The position numbers were made by a program, and so were the translations under genes. Positions 26,500 through 40,389 of a DNA stretch of 64,000 bases are shown in pieces. Below the pieces are notes generated by a model. That model was not told the DNA's origin. It saw only the letters and a program-made list of their open reading frames with translations, and searched no databases. Position 1 is the first letter of the stretch. Every line of letters starts with the position of its first letter. The stretch comes from Takakia lepidozioides (lineage: Eukaryota; Plantae; Bryophyta), in NCBI GenBank assembly GCA_030704615.1, contig CM060732.1, positions 13,888,001-13,952,000 of the forward strand. The letters run 5' to 3'.

Positions 26500-26711
26500 A
26501 AATTACTAGGTGAGGTGCCTAAATAATAAAAACGAATCTGCCTAATAATTAAATTTTTAAAAGGAGCGACATTCGCCGATGATGGTCGCTGGCATTTTCT
26601 AAAATACAAAAAGATACGACCGACCGACCGAGGCACATGTGCTCAGGTAGGATGGTAGAGAGAAGCACAACATCCTAAGTTTTCACTTTGTATAAAGCTT
26701 TGGCCTTATTT

Positions 26712-26797
26712 CAAAATCAAACATCAAATCATCAAATCATCAAATCATATCAAATCATCAATTTATCAATTCATGAAATCATCAAATCAAAAATCAC
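26712..26797 (+). repeat. Degenerate (ATCAAATC)n minisatellite
   Basis: Read directly. Confidence 0.75.
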
Positions 26798-27339
26798 ATA
26801 TGTTGTTCAAGCTTAACTTTTGCCCGCATGTGCTCTGAATATGTCAGCAACACATGTGCAAAGATTCAACTGGGAAAAATAAAAAATAAAAAAATAAAAA
26901 TCTACCTCCCCAACGACACACTCACCCTTCAACCAATTTTGAATTAAATCAAATTCAAATGAATTTTAAATAAATAATTGAATTTAGAATGACTATGATT
27001 GCAAAATTTCTGCTACGTAGTGATTTTATTTTTGGTGAATTCAACCCCCACACCACTACATCCATGCAAAAAATTGGACCAAACAAAAATTAAAAAAAAA
27101 TATTTTCTTCGCTCACTATTGCAAAACTCTCTATGAAGAGTACATGAAGTTGAATTCAAATCAACTTTGGAATGCAAATGAGGGGAGAAAATATGGTTTT
27201 GGGTCCAGATGACTTTTGTTCACTCCCAAATTTTGCACGCTATATGTTGTCATTAAGCATATGGTTGAAGAATGGAATTTAAAAAAAAAAATCATGTGGA
27301 GGCGAAACCCAATTTTCTGTCTCTATAACACGTAGACGT

Positions 27340-27650
27340 TCATTGAAAGGGCAAACAACCAGTTGACCATCCAAATGATTTTTGTTTACTTTGAAACTTT
27401 GCCAGTATGTTCAGTTTACCATCTGACAGGTCCTTGACAAATATGACATCAAACGAAACTCACTGAAAGGGCGATCGAATCGTCGCCCATCCAAATGATT
27501 TTTGTTTGCTTTGAAACTTTGCAAATATGTTCTACATACCATCCGACATGTCTTGGACAAATATGAGATCAATCCAAATTCATTCAATGGGCCAACGAAT
27601 GGTTGCCCATCCAATTGATTTATGTTTGCTCTGAAACTTTGAAACTTTGC
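27340..27650 (+). repeat. ~2.5 copies of a 120-bp tandem repeat
   Basis: CCATCCAAATGATT-like motif at 27367, 27487 and 27607. Confidence 0.85.
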
Positions 27651-27652
27651 TT

Positions 27653-30291
27653 TGTTATAGGGCCCATACCACTACAGTGTTTGGGATGTTCATTGTCATG
27701 GTTTTAGTCATGGTTAACTAGAATTAACTATTTCTAGTTAATTAGGATATTTTGGATATTTATATTTGTATTTTGTGTGTTGGGACTTCATTTGGTCTCA
27801 CATGCCAAGTGAGGTGTCAAGCCTCACTTGGGACATGGGGATGGATTTTCCCCTTGTGAGGGTTGAGGAGGGCTCATCTTCTTGTAGTTGAGCCTCCATG
27901 AGCCTCTCCCACCTCCATAGCTCTAGGTATTGAGAGGGAGTGTGGTGAGGGTTTTGTGGGGTGGATTCCTTTAGCAAAGGTGCACTTGGCTTGATTTAGT
28001 TTATGCGACTGAGTGGATTCATGAGTGAAGTGTTTCCATTGTGTATACTTTCCATTATCACTACAAGAAGATGACCTTATGCTTGTAAGTGCGGAGTGTA
28101 AGGATTAGTTTAGCACTTGTGTTGGTGTATACCAAGGAATGAGAGAGCTAGGAAAGCTCAAGTATCTCACAAGGCTTGCAAGGTGTTGCAAAGGAGAGTG
28201 TTTTTGCATTGCATCAAGGAGGTGGAGAGGTCAATGAGAGAGCTCTTGAGTTACAAGACTTTACAAGTATTGCAAGGATGAAGTCTTGTATGTGTAGAAG
28301 CATTATTGTGCACTAAGGGTTTGAGAGCTAGAAAAAAAGTTCTTGCATCACAAGAGGAGTGTCTTGTGTGTGGAGAAGATAAGCACTTGGGTTTCAAAAT
28401 TAAGCTCCAGTTGTTCACATGTGTGAAAGAGAAGCCAAAGAGCGGCACATGCTTGGGTTGGAAATACCATAGAAGGAGGACAACAAACATAGCTTGAGGA
28501 GCATTGAGTAGCTCAAGTGAAGCTAAGAAATGGTTGTTCTATCCATGGTGAAATGAAGCCAAGTGGAGTTTCATTTGGTTGACAAACAAGCAAGCTAAGG
28601 CGCTAGTAGGGAGTGCTTTTGCTAGTCCTATGAGTTCTTGGATTGCTCTTGGTGAAGCAAGTGGTTGACCAAGCAAATGGTGCGTGTGTGGAGCATTTTT
28701 TCCAAGTGTGGCTTCCAACTTCAAGCTTGAGGAGAGCTAGAAGGTAAAGTGAGCAAGTTCATTCCTTTGTGTATGAGGTGGTGCATGTATGGAAGATAAG
28801 CCAAGGAGCTACATAGACTAGGGCTTGAAGACAACAAAAGCAAACACTTGGAGAGCATCAAGAAGCTCAAGATGACCCCAAAGGGAAGCATGTGGGTGAA
28901 AATTCTATCCATGATGATGTGAAACCAAGCCTAGAACATTGAAGAGCTTGGAGCACATGTGGGAGATCATTGGAGGTGGTCTTCATGAAGAAATGAGATT
29001 GTGGCTCAAGGCATGCATAACAACTTCAACCATACATTAGCATGTGACAAGACAAAGAAGGGGAAGGTGAAGCTCATGTATTTATTCCCTTCTGGCTTAA
29101 GTTCTATGGTGGATGGTTGATCAAGCAAGTGATACTTATGTGGAGCATGCTCTTTAAGGCTTATGACTTCAAGTTTGAGAAGATGAGCTCTTGAATAGAG
29201 GTGTGGATACACATTACTGTGAATGAAGACAACACCTAGGTCAAGAGGTGGAAGTGTGTGTGACTAGCCCATGCAAGGGAAAGCATATGGAAGATGGCAT
29301 ACAAAATTCAAATTGAAGCAAGGCTTAGTGCTTGTCATTGGGCACATTAGCTTGCTATGAGTTCTAAGGAGATCAAGAGGAACTTGTCAATTTGTGATGA
29401 ATGCATTGCAAGGTAAAACAATGCAATCTTGCATGCATGTTAGGGGGGAAGATACCATGAAGAAGGTGTTTCTCACCATCACATAAACTCCTTAAGCCTT
29501 CAGGTAGAAGCATGGATCAGGAGCAATAATGTGTATGATGTTTCTTACTATACTCTACAAACCCTAGTCTCCATACACTTAATGTATATGGGCTCCCTCT
29601 ACCAAACATACATTTTTTTGAACGGTGTATGGGCCCCCTCTGCCCAACATACACTTTTGTAAACAGTGTATGGGCCCCCTCTGCCCAACATACATTATTC
29701 TGAACAGAGTATGGGCTCCCTCTGCCCTACCATACTCTTTTGTAAACAGTGTATGGATACATGTGGAGAGACTTTGCCTACCATACGTTTTCATTAAAAG
29801 TGTATGACATCTAGGAGTATTTGGGGTCCTTGGAGGCCAAATTTGGTGAGCTTAAGGAGTCTTTGGCGAGATGTTTGAAGGACTATATGGGGTCCTTGAG
29901 GGCCAAGATTTGGCAAGCTCTTGGGGCCTTAGTGACTATTTCGAGTCCAATTGTACAACATTTGGGAGCCTTAGTGAGATTGTTTGAGATACATCTTGAG
30001 GGCTCTTGGAGAGTTATTGGAGAGACCTTGGAAGGTGGTCTGTCTGCATGACCAAGAGCATTTAGAGATAGGGGGAGACTAGTGGGATGAGAGCATTTTG
30101 GGATTAGGAATTGCTTTAGTCTCTCTTCGTTGTAGTTTTCCACCCTTTCTGTAGGCCAAAACCTTTCCGTAGGTGGAGGCAAGAGTTAGTCCGGGTTTGG
30201 GCTGGGTTGTCTTGCAGGAGCGACACTGTAGAGTGTTTTTGGTGTGGGGGAGTTACTGTTTTGATTTTCTTGTGTTTGGATCCCCTTCACA
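27653..30291 (+). mobile_element. Old, CpG-depleted LTR-like repeat
   Basis: Starts TGTTATAGGG and ends CCCTTCACA. Strongly CpG-poor and TG/CA-rich, with no ORFs. No TSD could be confirmed. Confidence 0.4.
29584..29790 (+). repeat. ~41-42-bp tandem repeat, ~4.5 copies
   Basis: Unit GTATGGGCCCCCTCTGCCCAACATACACTTTTGTAAACAGT. Confidence 0.85.
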
Positions 30292-30304
30292 CTTGCATGC
30301 TTGA

Positions 30305-30402
30305 CCCTGGTTATCAGCGTCACGTCCGTCCGTCAGTGTCAGGTCACGTCAGACCTAACGCTGACGGGACCTCCGTCACGTCAGGTTCGGGGAATATTCT
30401 AG
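30305..30402 (+). mobile_element. Helitron-like 3' end or mini-element
   Basis: Hairpin ACCTAACGCTGACGG-gacct-CCGTCACGTCAGGT (30352-30386), 12-nt spacer, then CTAG followed by T. GTCC microsatellite upstream. Confidence 0.55.
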
Positions 30403-30621
30403 TAAAAATAGTACAAGATAAAATACTGCCACTTAAGCAGCCACGTCGCCGACACGGTGGCGGTGGCAAATTTATTTTGAAAATTAACAAAATAAACGTG
30501 ACCGCCAATTTTGGCGGTCGCTGTATTTTTCCAAATAAAAAAAGAAATAACGACCGTCATATTGGCGGTCGCTTCAATTTATTTTAAAAAAAAAACAAGA
30601 TTGACGGTTGCATTAATCACG

Positions 30622-32589
30622 TGTTGTGAGTTTCTTTTCTTCTTCACCAAGTGAAGAACCACAGGTGCAGGAATGGGAACAATGGGTTGGCTAATATATG
30701 TACTCTTGTTCAATGCACACTGTCGATCATCATTTGTTTTTTTCTATCACAGAGTATATCTGTGTCTGCTCAAGCATATCTCGAGAAAAAAATAAATGTT
30801 TGCTGTATCAATCATTCTGCAGTATACTGATGCTCCTTGCATGGAGCACAACGACTTCCCGCACGGGAATTCTAACCTTAAACATTTTGTCATTTTCACC
30901 TTACCCCGCTGCAGCATTCCTTGTAGAGAGAGAAAAGTCAGAAGCAGTGAGGGGGTAAAAGGTGAGTTGTAGAGCAGTGGTTGTTGCTCCCCTCACATGA
31001 GTGAAAGGCGTCAGGCACAGGAAAACCCAGAAGGGCCTGTGACCTCTTCAGATAGAATGATACGTTATTCCAGAGTATGGTCCTCTAAGGTTCAGAATGA
31101 ATCCAATTGTTTCTTAGGTCAAGAATTTCATCATGAGCTCTGCGAAATCCATGAGAGATCCCTACGACTCATGAACATAGTTAGATTGTAGTTAGAAATG
31201 GTGCGTCTATTTCATGGGTAGGATCCTCGGGTATCCAATCTTTTCTGCTGTTATGGGAGCCAAGAATTAGGACGCCCAGAAGCATCATGTTTAGGAGCTT
31301 CTAGACCCTTCCGGATTCAAATCGAGGTCGTACGTAGTTCGCAGTGAGCGATTTACCATGAGCTGTGCAAAACCAAGAAGGGTCCCTGCAAGGTATGTCA
31401 AGTAGGGTAGAACCAAAGTCCTTCCAAGGCTATTTTAGAGTAGAATCATCAATTTGCACCGCGCATATCTCTCTTACATCATCTAGGGGATTCGAACCCA
31501 GTCCGGTGAGGGAGAATGGCGGTTTTGAAGTATTTTTTATCTGGGAACTCCAACTCTCTCCGAAGAGGGCAAGTTGGGTGGTTTTGAAACATTTTTTGGC
31601 TTTTGCTTTCCACGGAGGGAAAGCGCATCAGCGCCTTAAAATAATGTAAAGGTGAAATCTGGCTTGGACCCGTCAGTGGTTATTTTATTATTTACGCATG
31701 CATGTTCTGGACTAACGAATGTAGTGGCAGGGATGAGCTCTCAGCGAGATTCATTCATCCGATAGGGCCGTGGCAGTTCCCCGCGGCAGGGAATGGTTTC
31801 CGGATGTTCCTCGGTTCTCATTGGGTTCCCACGGGGTTCCCAAGGGCATTTTTAGGCACCAAGGGAATTTTTGGATTCTCCACATGATTTCCCACATGGG
31901 AGGTATTTTTTCCTGATTTTCTTAATTTTTTTTATTTTCCAGCATTTCTGATTTGTGAAATTGCTTAAATAGAATAGAAGCACGTGGTGCACGTTATAGC
32001 CTAAAGGGCGTTGATTAAACTGATTGAACTTATTGATTTGAGGAGCTTAGAACCACCTTATTGAACTTGGTGAACCTATTGGATTATGATAGGTATTTTG
32101 GCCACTCCTTTGCTAAGACAAAGTATTTTAGGCACTAGGGTAGGAAGCGTTGGCCCTTCCATCAAAGATGACTTGAACTTAAGCACTCGGTGAAAGAGGG
32201 GCATTGGGAGAGTAAGATTTTCCCTCTTCTTCCTAGGCTCGGCAGGTGCCTTGTGAAGGGATTAAAACATGTCCCGGCTATAGGCGGCTCGGGGGCTTAG
32301 GCGGTAGGAATTAGACAATAAAACACAAAGACTTGGAAGGCAGTTACTGAGTAGATTGTAGGATACTGTAGGACTTAGAAACGCAAACTCGCCCTGTGAA
32401 GAGAAGTACGTGATTTCTCTTTGCTGGTAGGACTTAGATAGTGATCATAGCCATCATGTACGACCACGGACCCCCTGCACTAACCGCAGTCGGGTAGGCG
32501 GTTCAGTGAGCCCAACCTACACCGCAACTTACCACGACCCCCCTAGCTAGTATGTCGTCACCCTGACCGCGCGCGCTCAGGGCTCGTCA
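30622..32589 (-). mobile_element. Putative LTR-like insertion interrupting the RT of the adjacent Ty3 element
   Basis: RT homology stops at 32590 and the minus strand then starts TGACGAGCCC. The left boundary is uncertain and no TSD was found. Confidence 0.35.
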
Positions 32590-33919
32590 CTTATGCGCAT
32601 CTTTTCTTGTTGAAGAAGTGCCTCAATCTGTTGTTGCACCAGATTTTCTTCAGCTTCTGATAGTCTATTTGCTGGTGTTCTTGTGGCAGGGAACCCTTGG
32701 GTATTGATTTCGTGTTCAACATCTGCAAAGTGCAATAAGTCTGCTTTGTTCAGGGCAAAACTGTACTGGTTCCTGTGGCACAACTCTATCATCTGCTACT
32801 TCTGTTCTGGAGTGAGTTCAGGAGAAAACTTGAGTTTGCTTCGTATACCTTCCCACCTTTGTTGTTCCTCCAGTGTTTGCATGTCTTCTTCCGTCCGAAT
32901 GTCATCTCTCCTATGGCATGCAAGTAAACCAGATGAGCTTCTTTCCTTTGCTGGTTTGTGACTTTTGTCCAATCTTCCAGTTCATCATCCGAGTTGGGAT
33001 TTGTACGGTTACCTCCATTCCAGATCTTGGTGTAGGCATCCTTGATAAAACCTTCCTTACTTCCTTGTAACTGGGGTCATCAAGCAGATCTGGGTGTTCA
33101 TTGTCTTGGAGGTCTTCCGCCCATATGTCTAGGAGGTAATCCTCCATTGCCTCTTGGTCTGAGTTGTAGCCTTGATCATCCTCTTCCACATCAGAGCCCT
33201 CAGTTGAGTGTGAACTCTCACTGTCGTTCATGTCCGATGCACAATTAGATAGCCCATCCTCATCCATTGGTGTGAATAAGCTTTGGCTGGCGTGTATACC
33301 TACTATCTGTTCCACTGCCATAACCTCTGTTTTGATCTGAGTGTCCTCGATCAATGGCTCCACAGCCAAGTTCTTGCAGAACTCGTGAAAGTTGCCAATC
33401 GTTGGCTTTAGGTGGTTCATGGTGTGAAGTGGGAAGTAAGCCACATTCAGACCAGGCCCATATCTTACTCTCAACGTTTCTGTTTCCATATCAATTACTG
33501 CCCTGAACTTCTTCAAGAAGTCCAGCCCGAGCAACATACTGTAAGTGTCCGTATCCACCACCATGAAAGTGATATTGTTAGTCAGTTTTCCAACAGTGAC
33601 CTTCAAATTGTCGAGCACACCCATTGCTGTTTCTACAGCACCTGAGGCCACCCTATACGACATGTCTCAATCTGTTAACACACAGCCCATGAATCCCAAA
33701 TCCCTTACTGTTGTTGCTTCTATCACGGAGATCATTGCCCCTGTGTCTATCTGGCCCATTACTTGGAAGTTTCCAATGGTTACCAGAGCATGCAAAGCAT
33801 TTACTTTGCCTGTGAGCATAAAAGATGGCTTCCATATCCTTGTTGCTAGTTTCAGGTGTTAGTTTTACCTCTTGGGCAGTAGGGTACGGTGGACCAAAAG
33901 AGACAGATTTTTCCTCCAT
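32590..33919 (-). mobile_element. Second Ty3/Gypsy family: degenerate aspartic protease, acidic linker and start of RT
   Basis: IDTGAMISVI near 33740; FMVVDTDTYSMLLGLDFL in ORF 32911-33663; HEINTQG...RLSEAEENLVQQQIEALL in ORF 32577-32792. Confidence 0.8.
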
Positions 33920-35574
33920 GAAAGTACCTTAAATTGAGGGAATTTATCCAAATATTTAATTTTAGATGATAGATATGATATATTTAACACTTTCAGTAAA
34001 AAGTCCCATCCCAAATAGGCTAGAATGTTTTTATTAGAATTTTAGTATCTAATTATTAGAAATAAAATCATTTTTTATTTCTAATAATTAGAGATTTTTG
34101 AATTTTTTCCATATATCACTTGGCACCTCTACATCATGGGTTTTTACACCTTTTTAGTAATGATGATATCCCAAAAGCCTCTAAATGAGGATGATGTACA
34201 TTAGGGAAAATAGGCCCAGTTTGGACCCATTGTTTAGTATAAATTAGTCTATACCTCTCATTCCTGGGTATTTGCAGGATTGGGTGTCTCAGTTTCTGCG
34301 TAACATGGCAGTTTCTGCAGTGACCTCCCTCCATGGTTTCACTATAATTTCTTAGCAACTCAATAGTTCACCTAATTTTATATGGTGTAAAATTCTTAAC
34401 CACCATATATACCAATTGTTAGATTAAGAAAAAAACCTGCTGATGGAGAACTATGGACTTTCAAAGTAGAAAACTGTGGACTGTAGATGTTACAGTACAA
34501 AATGTTATGGACTAAATAAACATAATGTACACTCATGCAAAGATGTAAAGGAAAACATCCTAGGTGTGCCATTTTTTAAACCAACTCAAATCCATTTTCA
34601 TATGGACAAATTGCATTGGGAATTAATAGCTATGGACTTTTTTATGCCTGAAAAATAGGGCAATTTAGCCTAGTCCATACTATCTTCATTTGTGGCTTTT
34701 CGGGGCATCACCCTTTTCTACATAGGCGTAGAATTAACTATTCCAAAAGTGCCAGGTGTCAAATGGACTAGTTTGTTGAAAAACCGCGGTACAACTACAC
34801 ACACAGATGCCACAGAGGCAATGACGTGTCGGTTTTCAATTTTTATTAATTTTTATTAATTTTTATTAATTTTTCGTATTTCGCGCAAAACCCAATTTTG
34901 AAATTGTGCTGCCTATCGCGATTTGCGCGCGCACACTTGCTCTGTCGTCTTCCCGTTTCTCTAATCGTGGACGCTTCTGTGTTTCGGTGAGCTGTGTGGT
35001 TATTTGCAATGAGAATCTATGGCAGTGACTACGAATACCTAAGCTCTGAGGATGTAGAACTTGAAGTTTTGAGCTTTGCATTGAATAGTTTGAATGTGTG
35101 TGGCTCTCATTCCAGTACGCCTTTCCACTTCAAGCCGACATTTGTAGTTGAGCCTTTGTCGTGGTTCTGCGTAGACCAGGCCCCATGCCTGGCGATATCC
35201 TTTTGCATAACGTTTCAGAATATATACATCCACGGGGCGTGCAGATGGTGCCCGTGTGTGTGGAAATGACGAGCTCAGTTTTTGATGATTGGGTGTTGTG
35301 TGTGAGAGTTGGTGGGGGAGAGCCTAAAACTTACTTGCATGTTGGTGGTTGGTGGATTCTCCAAGATGGCCCTGTGCATGGACATTTTCATTCGCATCAA
35401 CATGATGGGCTTGAGATTTGGCTATCACGGGCATTCAGCTCTTGCAACAAATGCTTTCCCTCCCTAAATTGAATACCTTCGTTCGTGCATTGTTTGCTAA
35501 GTAGTGTAGAATGTTTTAAACCTAATTTGTCCCTTCATTGTATGTTTGTGCAGGCTTGGAGAGTTCAGTCGGCC

Positions 35575-38500
35575 ATGACTAGTGGCAGGTCACAACGCGG
35601 CGGTGCGCACACGAGACCTGGGCCTAGAGAAAGGGCTAGACGCGCATTGAGAGATGAGGTACTTGAACGCGTCCGCCGATCTAGAGCGAGGAACAAAGAG
35701 TCACATGCCCAGAATGTTTCGCACACTGTAGGTGACTTGGAGCAAAACACGGAGGAAGCTGTAAGGGATCGAGAGATTAGAGGCCTGCCATACGATTGTG
35801 ACATGCATTTGTAACACGTTGAAAGTGTTCCCGGGACCTTCAAGCAAACGACACATCATGGAGAAGGTCATTTCGCACCCTTCACTCATCCCTGTGATGC
35901 CACTTGCTTTGCAAGATGGAAAGACCATTATTGCTCAACAACAGATCATCGATGGACTGACAAAATCGCTGGCTGAGATTAAAAACCCTAACACCGCAGG
36001 CAAATTAGCGAGCAAGCATGCGCTACTAACAGCAGTGGTTAACAATGGGTGTGGTTCCTCGTATAGATCTACGGCATCTCTGTTAGGTGTTCATCCCCGT
36101 AATATAAGCGCGGCAGTTGCACGCCGCGAGGATATGGAATCTGCTCGCGAAGGATTCATGTGGAGTTTGTCTATAAGGAAGACGAGACGCGATACAATTT
36201 CAGTTGCAACGAGGGATGTTGTGGTCTCTTGGTGGGTGTCCCAAACTCGAGTCAGTCCTAATGCAAAAGATGTCACTCGGAAGCGTCTCGCTGCGTTTCA
36301 GTACGATGTAAAGCCTACACTCTACTTGATGGAGCCTCAGGTACAACTCTACATGTCTTCTCACTGTATGTGGAATGTCTTTGAATTGTCTATGTTCTTA
36401 TGGAATGCTCGGAGGTTGACACTGACATGCCATGGACATCCCATGAGCTCTACAACAAGGTACATTGGAAATGTGGAGTCTTGTGGGTTTGAATGTGGAG
36501 TCCCCTGGATTCAATGTCAGGTTGTGGAGTGCCAGTCCATGATTTGTTTGTCGGTTGCAATTGCAGCGGAATGTTGTGGATTATTTGTGAAGTCTTGTGG
36601 AAACAATGACTGGTTTGTGGACTTGCGAGTTACTCTGCGTTGACCATGCCGCTATTCATGGACTCACCATAGACTTCTGTGGATAGCAGGACATGTTGTG
36701 GACTAGTAGACAATACTGCCTTAGTGCATATACAGTTTCATACTCTGCTAGCTCGTTGTAAGAATGTTTTTCATGACATTTTGGGATTGATAGGTGCCTT
36801 TCTTGTGCAGATGGATTTCTTTTTACGATTCCAAAGAGCACACCCTGACATCATAATGGGAAGCCGGTCATTTGATGCATTAAAACCATTCTTTGTAAAG
36901 AGAATGAAAAACAGGAATGTGTGTTGCTGCATTTATCATGTGGAAAATGGAAGAGTTGCGAGTGGGCTTCAACAACATGCGAGCCAAGTCAGGCCATTGT
37001 AATGGATCATGTGATTGTGAATGTGAATATATATGTCAGCCGGATGTTGTACAGGGCTGCAGAGGTGCTCTGTATACTTTTTCAAGGGTTACTCATATGT
37101 GGGAGTCAGTGGTATGCCCAAAAGATGAGTATAGTGATTGGCACAGGAAAGAGTGCATGTATGGAGAGTGCCAAGCTTGTGGTGTTGAAAACCTATCTCT
37201 GTGCCCTCTTGAGGATGATGATTCATCAGAGCACCTAGTGCAGTGGAGGCACTTCTCTTTACAAACAATCTTGACAAAGAAAGGAGAAGAAAGAAAGAAA
37301 CTCACCCTCCTCTACAAGCGGACTACACCTCACGAGCTTATTCGGTATTTGAAGCCTAAACTTCAGTTCTTCATTCGTCATAATTTTGTTGCTCAGTGGG
37401 AAGACAGACAGTTCAAGGAGTGCTTGAAGAATTTTCCTGCTGACGTGTTGGTTTCAGTGGTCGATTTTGCGGAAAATTACAGTTTTGAAATTCAGAATGA
37501 AGTGCAAAGCATGCACTGGTACCAGATTACAATCTTGGTCTTAATAACCTGGCGTCGAAATCCTAACCCAAATTTGAGTGGCCTTGGCTCTGATAGCTTG
37601 ATGGAATACCATTTCTTTATCTCGGACGACAAACACATGACAACTACTTTGTTCAACATTGCTTGCAGCTGCATTGGCAGCATGTGACCACTACCTTGTT
37701 TCGTCCATCACAACATTGGATATGGAGTGATGGGTGTTCTTCTCAATTCAAGTCCAAAGTGCCATGGTATTTTGTCAGCAGGTACCCTCATCTCACGGGG
37801 GGTTGCACTTTGCTTTGGAGCTTCTTTGGTACAGGGCACGGCAAGGGCCCTCATGATGGAGCAGGTGCAGTTGTCAAAAGATACCTACGTACTGCACAGC
37901 TAGATGTCTCAGGCCCGAAGCTGCAAAATGCGGAAGATGTTGTAAGATTTTTGAGAGAACGGTTGTCCTCAAGACCAGAGTCTTCCTACTGGCAGAGATC
38001 TGATGTCCGTCGAGTTTTCTGGGATGTAAAGGAAGAGGATATCAACCGTCGTTCACTGCATGACTGTGATGTTATCAAGGGAATCAAGAAACTACATTCA
38101 GTCAGATCTGTTGCCAGTGGTGATACTAACAAACTCATGATAAAAGGGTTGGCTTGCTTCTGTTGTTTCTGTATTGACTCAGCATGGAACAATTGTGAGA
38201 ATGCTGCATGGACTGGTGAATGGGAGTTGCAGATCTTGACCCCGAAGAACACCGCAAATGTCAGGCATGCCATGGAGAAAGATGCAGATGAGGATTGGGA
38301 CCAGTTTGGCATCAATGGTGATTATTTGGCATCCCTCATTAAAATTGGAGACAATTTCGCAGTCAATGCTGAGGAAAACAATGATGAACAGGTAGACTTT
38401 TACATCATTTGTTGTAGTCGGGCTCTCCATGCAGTGAAGAAGCCATTCACTGATGCATGGGGCACTTTGTTTGTAGAAGGAGACATGGTAATTGCAGGAA

Positions 38501-38718
38501 AGTATTACCAGAAGTGGGGGAGAACGGAAGACACGTATGTATTTCTGAAAAAATCACAAGTGGTCTTTCTGCACTCTGAACATGTGCGTGCCATCAAGTT
38601 TCCTATGCTGCCATGCGACTACAGGGTTGTAGGGAATGATCCGGTTTACAAATTGCCTGAATTCGCTGAAGAAGGGATAAGGGCTGCAATTGCAGCTTTG
38701 GATTCTGGCAACGACTAG
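35575..38718 (+). pseudogene. Decayed intron-containing DDD transposase, Sola2-like (intron 36341-36810; frameshifts near 35800, 36945 and 37635)
   Basis: Motifs VCCCIYH, C-rich CxxC, VVDFAENY, ISDD, WSDGCSSQFKS and FFGTGHGKGPHDGAGAVVKR, plus C-terminal CFCCFC. GT-AG intron in frame. The family assignment is from remembered motifs. Confidence 0.75.
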
Positions 38719-40320
38719 CTACATAAGATACAAGACGTTCCTTGCATACATTCTGCATTGTGGGGATTTTTTTGGGGGGGGTGGGCATTTCCATTGCATC
38801 CATTTGCTCGGTCTTGCATCCATTGCATCCATACTTTGCATGTTATAGGGGGGGCAAGTACCATGGCCTTGGCGAGCAGTAGGCCATAGTACTTGCAGTT
38901 TGCCCCGTGCATCTTTCACCCACACGCAAGTTGGAAATAGTTGGGCATGCGAGTGGGTTCAAGCCCCACTTGGGTGCAGCTGCATTGTTGGTTCACACAA
39001 TTGTACCAACAAAGAGCTTTGCCTCTCAGGTCATCATTTGCTGCAGGGCCTGTCTTATTGGAAAGGGGGACTGGGGTGACATGCAACAAAATCCAGGTTT
39101 GATGTAAGCAATGGATTGGTATGCAATTGATGCCTGGCAGCTCGTAGCTTTTATGTAGTTTCGGCTGAGTTATGAGATAAGTTTGATTCTTCGCAGCTTC
39201 TGCAGCTTTCTAGATATGGAGGCGAAGAATCCCAGGCATGGCGGGAAGCTTTGGCGGCAGCAGGGTAGATGTTGGCATCTTCACTTTAGGTCAATCATCC
39301 TTGGTGCAGCTATACTCTCGGTAGATGGGCTGGTTGGTCTGCAGCAATTAACTATAAACTGAAGCAAGGGAGACTGATCCATGGGTTATGTTTTGATTCC
39401 TTGAAGATGGGTTTCCATCTAGTGAGGCAGCTGTTCTTTTCATCCTCGATACTTAGTTGCTGCGGCAGCCTGTAGTGATTGATTACGAGCCAAGATGGTG
39501 AAACTAATTTCCAGTTGACATTAGGGCACTGGCTGCATGGTTTTGGCATTGGGATTTGGGAGATTACACGGTTGACTCAAGCTCTAGCTCAGGAAAGCTA
39601 CCATAGGTAGCAATTAGTATTTGAGTGATGAAGGATCGTTGTCTATGAGCAGCGGCAGCTCATTTCCTTATCAAATTCTTGCTTACTGCATTTTTCAGTT
39701 TTAAACCATGAGTAGATAGTGGGAAAACTAACCTACAGTCTTGCTTCGGTGTCATATTTGGGTATGGCTTCAGATGTGGGGGTTCAGTTCATCTCGACCT
39801 CATGACCAGCTGCTCATGTACATTGGGTGTCTTGGAATATTTAAACTCTGAAGTCTGCCAGCCTCATGAGGGAAGGCGCCATATATGGACAGTAGATTGT
39901 GTATAAAACCATTCGATTGAAGACAAGGCTGCTGTCCATGAATGGCTGATGGGGATCATGATTCAGTTGTTGGGAATAGGGTGAATATGGGTACAACCAG
40001 AGTGGTGTGGTAGGTCTCTTTTCTGCATATTTGTTTCATCCTCTGTCTCTTAGTTTCCATGTGCCTATCCCGCTCAGTCACCCTCAATCGCAGCAAGGGG
40101 AGGTGGGGGGCTTATATGTAGATTTGCAAGTGTGTACTTCACGAAAAAGTGTGGTGGGAATTCGAGCCTCTCTCTTGCCATTGCCTATAGCTCCAGTGAA
40201 TGCCAAATTCAAGATAAGGCACACACAGGTAGAAACTAGAAAACACGATGTGTGGATGTAGTACAGAGATTTGTTTTTTCTTTGGAAAAAAACAAAAGAA
40301 GTACTAGCATTGAGGGGTAG

Positions 40321-40389
40321 GAGCGGGAAGGGGATTTCGACCCCTGCCCTATGAAGCCCCAATGACTACTCCTAACCGCTGAACTACCC
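40321..40389 (-). ncRNA. tRNA-derived (SINE-head-like) sequence
   Basis: Minus strand has A-box-like TAGTTCAGCGG and B-box-like GGGTCGAAATCC at tRNA-like spacing. No convincing acceptor stem, so probably not a functional tRNA. Confidence 0.45.

Noticed and set aside
26494-26510. CACTA terminus (CACTAGAAA)
   Set aside because: Better explained as the end of a hAT-like TIR (CCAACACTAG); no partner TAGTG end with a 3-bp TSD was identified.
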